Shown here in pieces: positions 35,401-38,054 of a DNA stretch of 38,054 nt. This stretch comes from Candidatus Omnitrophota bacterium. GTDB lineage: Bacteria; Omnitrophota; Gorgyraeia; Zapsychrales; Fredricksoniimonadaceae. Position 1 is the first letter of the stretch, and every line of letters begins with the position of its first letter. Where the stretch lies: NCBI GenBank assembly GCA_015234065.1, contig JADFWS010000003.1:1-38054 (forward strand), read 5' to 3'. The position numbers and the translations under genes are program-made. The notes below the pieces were generated by a model. It worked only from the letters and a program-made list of their open reading frames with translations, was not told the origin of the DNA and searched no databases.

Positions 35401-35512
35401 CTAAAATCAAAGCGCGCTCAAAAGAACGGGCAAGATAATATCATTCCCTCTGGAGAAAGTCAACCACAGGACGTTTGAACAAGCCGTCACCTGTTGACAA
35501 ACCAAAAACCTT

Positions 35513-35543
35513 GGGGATCCTTCGCTTCGGGCTCAGGATAACG
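35513..35543. repeat. Single degenerate CGTC-family REP
   Basis: Reverse complement CGTTATCCTGAGCCCGAAGCGAAGGATCCCC resembles the 6471-6510 arm. Confidence 0.6.
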
Positions 35544-35546
35544 TCA

Positions 35547-36164
35547 TCAATAATTCTTCACTTTCATCTCAAACACCGCCTGCGGATATTGGCACGTCGG
35601 GCACGCGTTCGGCGCCTGCTTGGCAACATGAACATGCCCGCACTCCCGGCATACCCAAACTGTTTCAGCATCCTTGGCAAATACTTTTCCGCTCTTCACA
35701 TTCTCAGCGAGCGCACGATAACGCTCCTCGTGCTCTTTTTCCACCTTCGCGATCATTTTGAACTGATTACTGATCTTCGGAAACCCTTCTTTTAACGCCA
35801 CTTCGGCGAACTGCGGATAAATGTCCATGAACTCTTCATGTTCGCCAGCGGCAGCCGCCATCAAATTATCAACTGTCGTTGCAACAATCCCCGCAGGATA
35901 TGTAGCCGTGATCTCAACCGGAGCACCTTCAAGAAACGCAAAGAATACCTGAGCATGATGCTTTTCATTATGCGCAGTTTCTTCGAAAATAGCCGCGATC
36001 TGATTAAACCCGTCTTCTTTCGCGCGTTCCGCGAACATATTATACCGATTCCTTGCCTGGGATTCCCCGGCAAACGCCTTGAGTAAATTCTTTTCTGTTT
36101 CTGTCCCGCGTAATGACTTTCCACCCCTGTACCCGGCAAAACGCTCTCTTAATTCCGCTTTCAT
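35547..36164 (-). CDS. rbr: Rubrerythrin
   Basis: NLLKAFAGESQARNRY, ExxH motifs, CRECG...CPTC. Confidence 0.9.
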   Translation of the reverse strand: MKAELRERFAGYRGGKSLRGTETEKNLLKAFAGESQARNRYNMFAERAKEDGFNQIAAIFEETAHNEKHHAQVFFAFLEGAPVEITATYPAGIVATTVDNLMAAAAGEHEEFMDIYPQFAEVALKEGFPKISNQFKMIAKVEKEHEERYRALAENVKSGKVFAKDAETVWVCRECGHVHVAKQAPNACPTCQYPQAVFEMKVKNY

Positions 36165-36199
36165 TGATCCTCCTTATGGTGAACCCGTCAAACCATTAT

Positions 36200-36733
36200 T
36201 TATTCTGCGTTGCCCCAACTATTCCAAAAAAGACTCTTGGGATCAAATTTATCCCGCGGCTTTTCATCTCCGGTAGATTTTCCCACTGCGATCGCGCATA
36301 ACGGCATCACATGCGCTGGAATCCCCAGAAACTCCCTTAAGAACGCCACACGCTCAGGCCTCGGATGAACGCCTGTCCAGCATGCGCCATACCCCAAGGA
36401 ATGTGCCGCCAACAGGACATTCTCCGCCGCAGCCGCACTGTCCTGAACCCAGTAATCGATCTCGGCGCCGCCGTACGCGATATTCAGGTCGCTACACACA
36501 ATGATCGCATGTTTTGCGGTCAAAAGCATTTTGGCATACGGCAAACCTTCGGTCAGTCTTTCCACCTTAGCCGCATCATCTACCACCATAAAACGAAGAT
36601 GCCGCGTGTCTTTCGATGTTGGCGCGGCCATGCCCGCACGCACCATTGTTTCAAGATCAGCCCGGCTCACCTTTTCGCCGGTGTACTTGCGAACACTCCG
36701 ACGAACTAATATCGTTTCAATGATTTTATTCAT
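36200..36733 (-). CDS. Nitroreductase family protein
   Basis: RRSVRKY, AAPT, AAENVLLAAHSLGYGACW. Confidence 0.9.
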   Translation of the reverse strand: MNKIIETILVRRSVRKYTGEKVSRADLETMVRAGMAAPTSKDTRHLRFMVVDDAAKVERLTEGLPYAKMLLTAKHAIIVCSDLNIAYGGAEIDYWVQDSAAAAENVLLAAHSLGYGACWTGVHPRPERVAFLREFLGIPAHVMPLCAIAVGKSTGDEKPRDKFDPKSLFWNSWGNAE

Positions 36734-36754
36734 ATCGTCCTCTTATACAATGAG

Positions 36755-36777
36755 AAAGGAGGCTCTTCGCCTCCTTT
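36755..36777. terminator. Hairpin / possible terminator
   Basis: AAAGGAGGC-tcttc-GCCTCCTTT between the acyl-CoA synthetase and nitroreductase genes. Confidence 0.5.
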
Positions 36778-36806
36778 GCCCAACGAAGAATTATTGCCTT
36801 ATCTCA

Positions 36807-38054
36807 TTAAATAATGATCCGCGCATCCACTGCAAAAGAACCGTCCTTATTGGTGATCAGCGGATTCACGTCCACTTCTTTCACATGATCCGCGATCTTC
36901 TGGACCGCCATGAGCGTCTTGATGATCGACTCCTTATGCGCGCCCTGGCCGCGATACCCGTCGAGAAGCTTTTTGGCCTTGATCTCGCCGACCAAACGCG
37001 TTGCCTCGCCCTCGCTGAAAGGCACAATACGAAACGACACGTCTTTCAAGATCTCCACAAAAATCCCACCCATGCCGAACATGACCGCGGGCCCGAACTG
37101 CGGGTCTTTATTCATGCCGACGATGCACTGCACACCCTCGACCATCTGGCAGAGATTAACACCCAGGATTTTGGCATTCGGCGCATTCTTTTTGACCGTT
37201 TCCATCATCTGATTGAACTTCGCCTTCATGTCCTCGGCGTTCTTGATATTAAGGATAACACCGCCCACATCAGACTTATGAATGATATCAACAGAGGCGA
37301 TCTTCATCGCGACCGGATACATCTGTTTGGCTTCCGCAACCTTGGCCGCTTCTTCTGCCGTCGTTGCAAAACCCCACTTAGGCATCGGCACGCCGCACGC
37401 TTCAAGCACTTCACGCGACTCATGTTCCAGAAGGAACGTACGCCCTTCTTTACGGACCCGATCGATCACCTCGAGAGCCTTGGCCGGAGCCTCAGGCGCT
37501 TTCACTTTTTCCTTGGGCCGCGCAGAAATTTCTTTCCATGTATACAGCGACCTGAGCCCGCCGACCGCTTCACGCACTTCGGTCATGGCCGGGATCTGAT
37601 TCTCATTAAGGATCTGTATCGCCTGACGGGAGCGCTCACCACCGACGATCGTTACCACGAGCGGTTTATTACGCTTCACGGCGTTATATTCTGCCACGAT
37701 CGCTTTGGCGATCTCAACAGGATCTGTGACCGCCGTTTCACAATAAAGCACGATCAAAGAATGGATCTTTTCCTCAGTCAGGGCAATATGCACGGCTTTG
37801 CGATAACTCTCGCATCCACCGCCGCCCGTAACGTCGATCGGATTCTTGGTAGACCCGAATTCCGGCATCGTATGGCGAAATTTCTCTTCCAACCACACTG
37901 GGTCTTCCAGCAACTTAACACCGGCATTCTCACATTCATCTGTCGCGCTCACGCCGATACCGCCGCCATTGGTAATAATAAGCGTTTCATCGCCCGTCGG
38001 AAGGGGCATGGACAGCGCGGAGGACATGGCAAATGCCTGCGTAAACGTCTTGGC
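36807..38054 (-). CDS. ADP-forming acetate/acyl-CoA ligase, 5' end outside the window
   Basis: ITNGGGIGV, NPIDVTG, HKSDVGGV, DPQFGPAVMFGMGG, DVNPL, VDARI. The frame stays open to the window end. Confidence 0.9.
   Translation of the reverse strand, partial: AKTFTQAFAMSSALSMPLPTGDETLIITNGGGIGVSATDECENAGVKLLEDPVWLEEKFRHTMPEFGSTKNPIDVTGGGGCESYRKAVHIALTEEKIHSLIVLYCETAVTDPVEIAKAIVAEYNAVKRNKPLVVTIVGGERSRQAIQILNENQIPAMTEVREAVGGLRSLYTWKEISARPKEKVKAPEAPAKALEVIDRVRKEGRTFLLEHESREVLEACGVPMPKWGFATTAEEAAKVAEAKQMYPVAMKIASVDIIHKSDVGGVILNIKNAEDMKAKFNQMMETVKKNAPNAKILGVNLCQMVEGVQCIVGMNKDPQFGPAVMFGMGGIFVEILKDVSFRIVPFSEGEATRLVGEIKAKKLLDGYRGQGAHKESIIKTLMAVQKIADHVKEVDVNPLITNKDGSFAVDARIII

Overview
The left ~27 kb is a magnetosome gene cluster (MGC) of a magnetotactic bacterium, almost all on the minus strand. 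The core operon (about 13853 down to 1, continuing past the left edge) reads: excisionase-type HTH, mamI (56 aa, missed by the ORF track), small membrane protein, mamE protease, PDZ protein, a NifX/zinc-ribbon/magnetochrome mosaic, two small membrane proteins, mamP, mamL, mamM, mamB, mamA, mamQ, PDZ-fused mamN, mamO-Cter and three unassigned genes. This architecture suggests a non-proteobacterial lineage such as Omnitrophota (inference only). A second magnetosome-like operon (22641 down to 16780) has its own HTH regulator, NifX and CxxC proteins, a NapH-like 4Fe-4S membrane protein, a PDZ protein, a two-magnetochrome protein, a divergent MamM/MamB-like CDF pair and a FeoB-associated Cys-rich peptide. 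Between the two operons lie rsbW/rsbV-like, channel-like and apbE genes. Further right are a DUF134-acr3-arsP-arsC operon, a CDF-NifX fusion, a 7-gene aminotransferase/GNAT/SMR cluster of unknown product, an orphan nrfH, tRNA-Ser(GGA), rubrerythrin, a nitroreductase and a partial ADP-forming acyl-CoA synthetase. The most unusual signals are a shared Q-V-A-F linker motif across several magnetosome proteins, three membrane-anchored NifB/NifX domains, five CDF paralogs with different metal sites, and a CGTC-type REP dimer that appears to supply the mamB ribosome-binding site. All calls come from motif recognition by eye; no database search was run.
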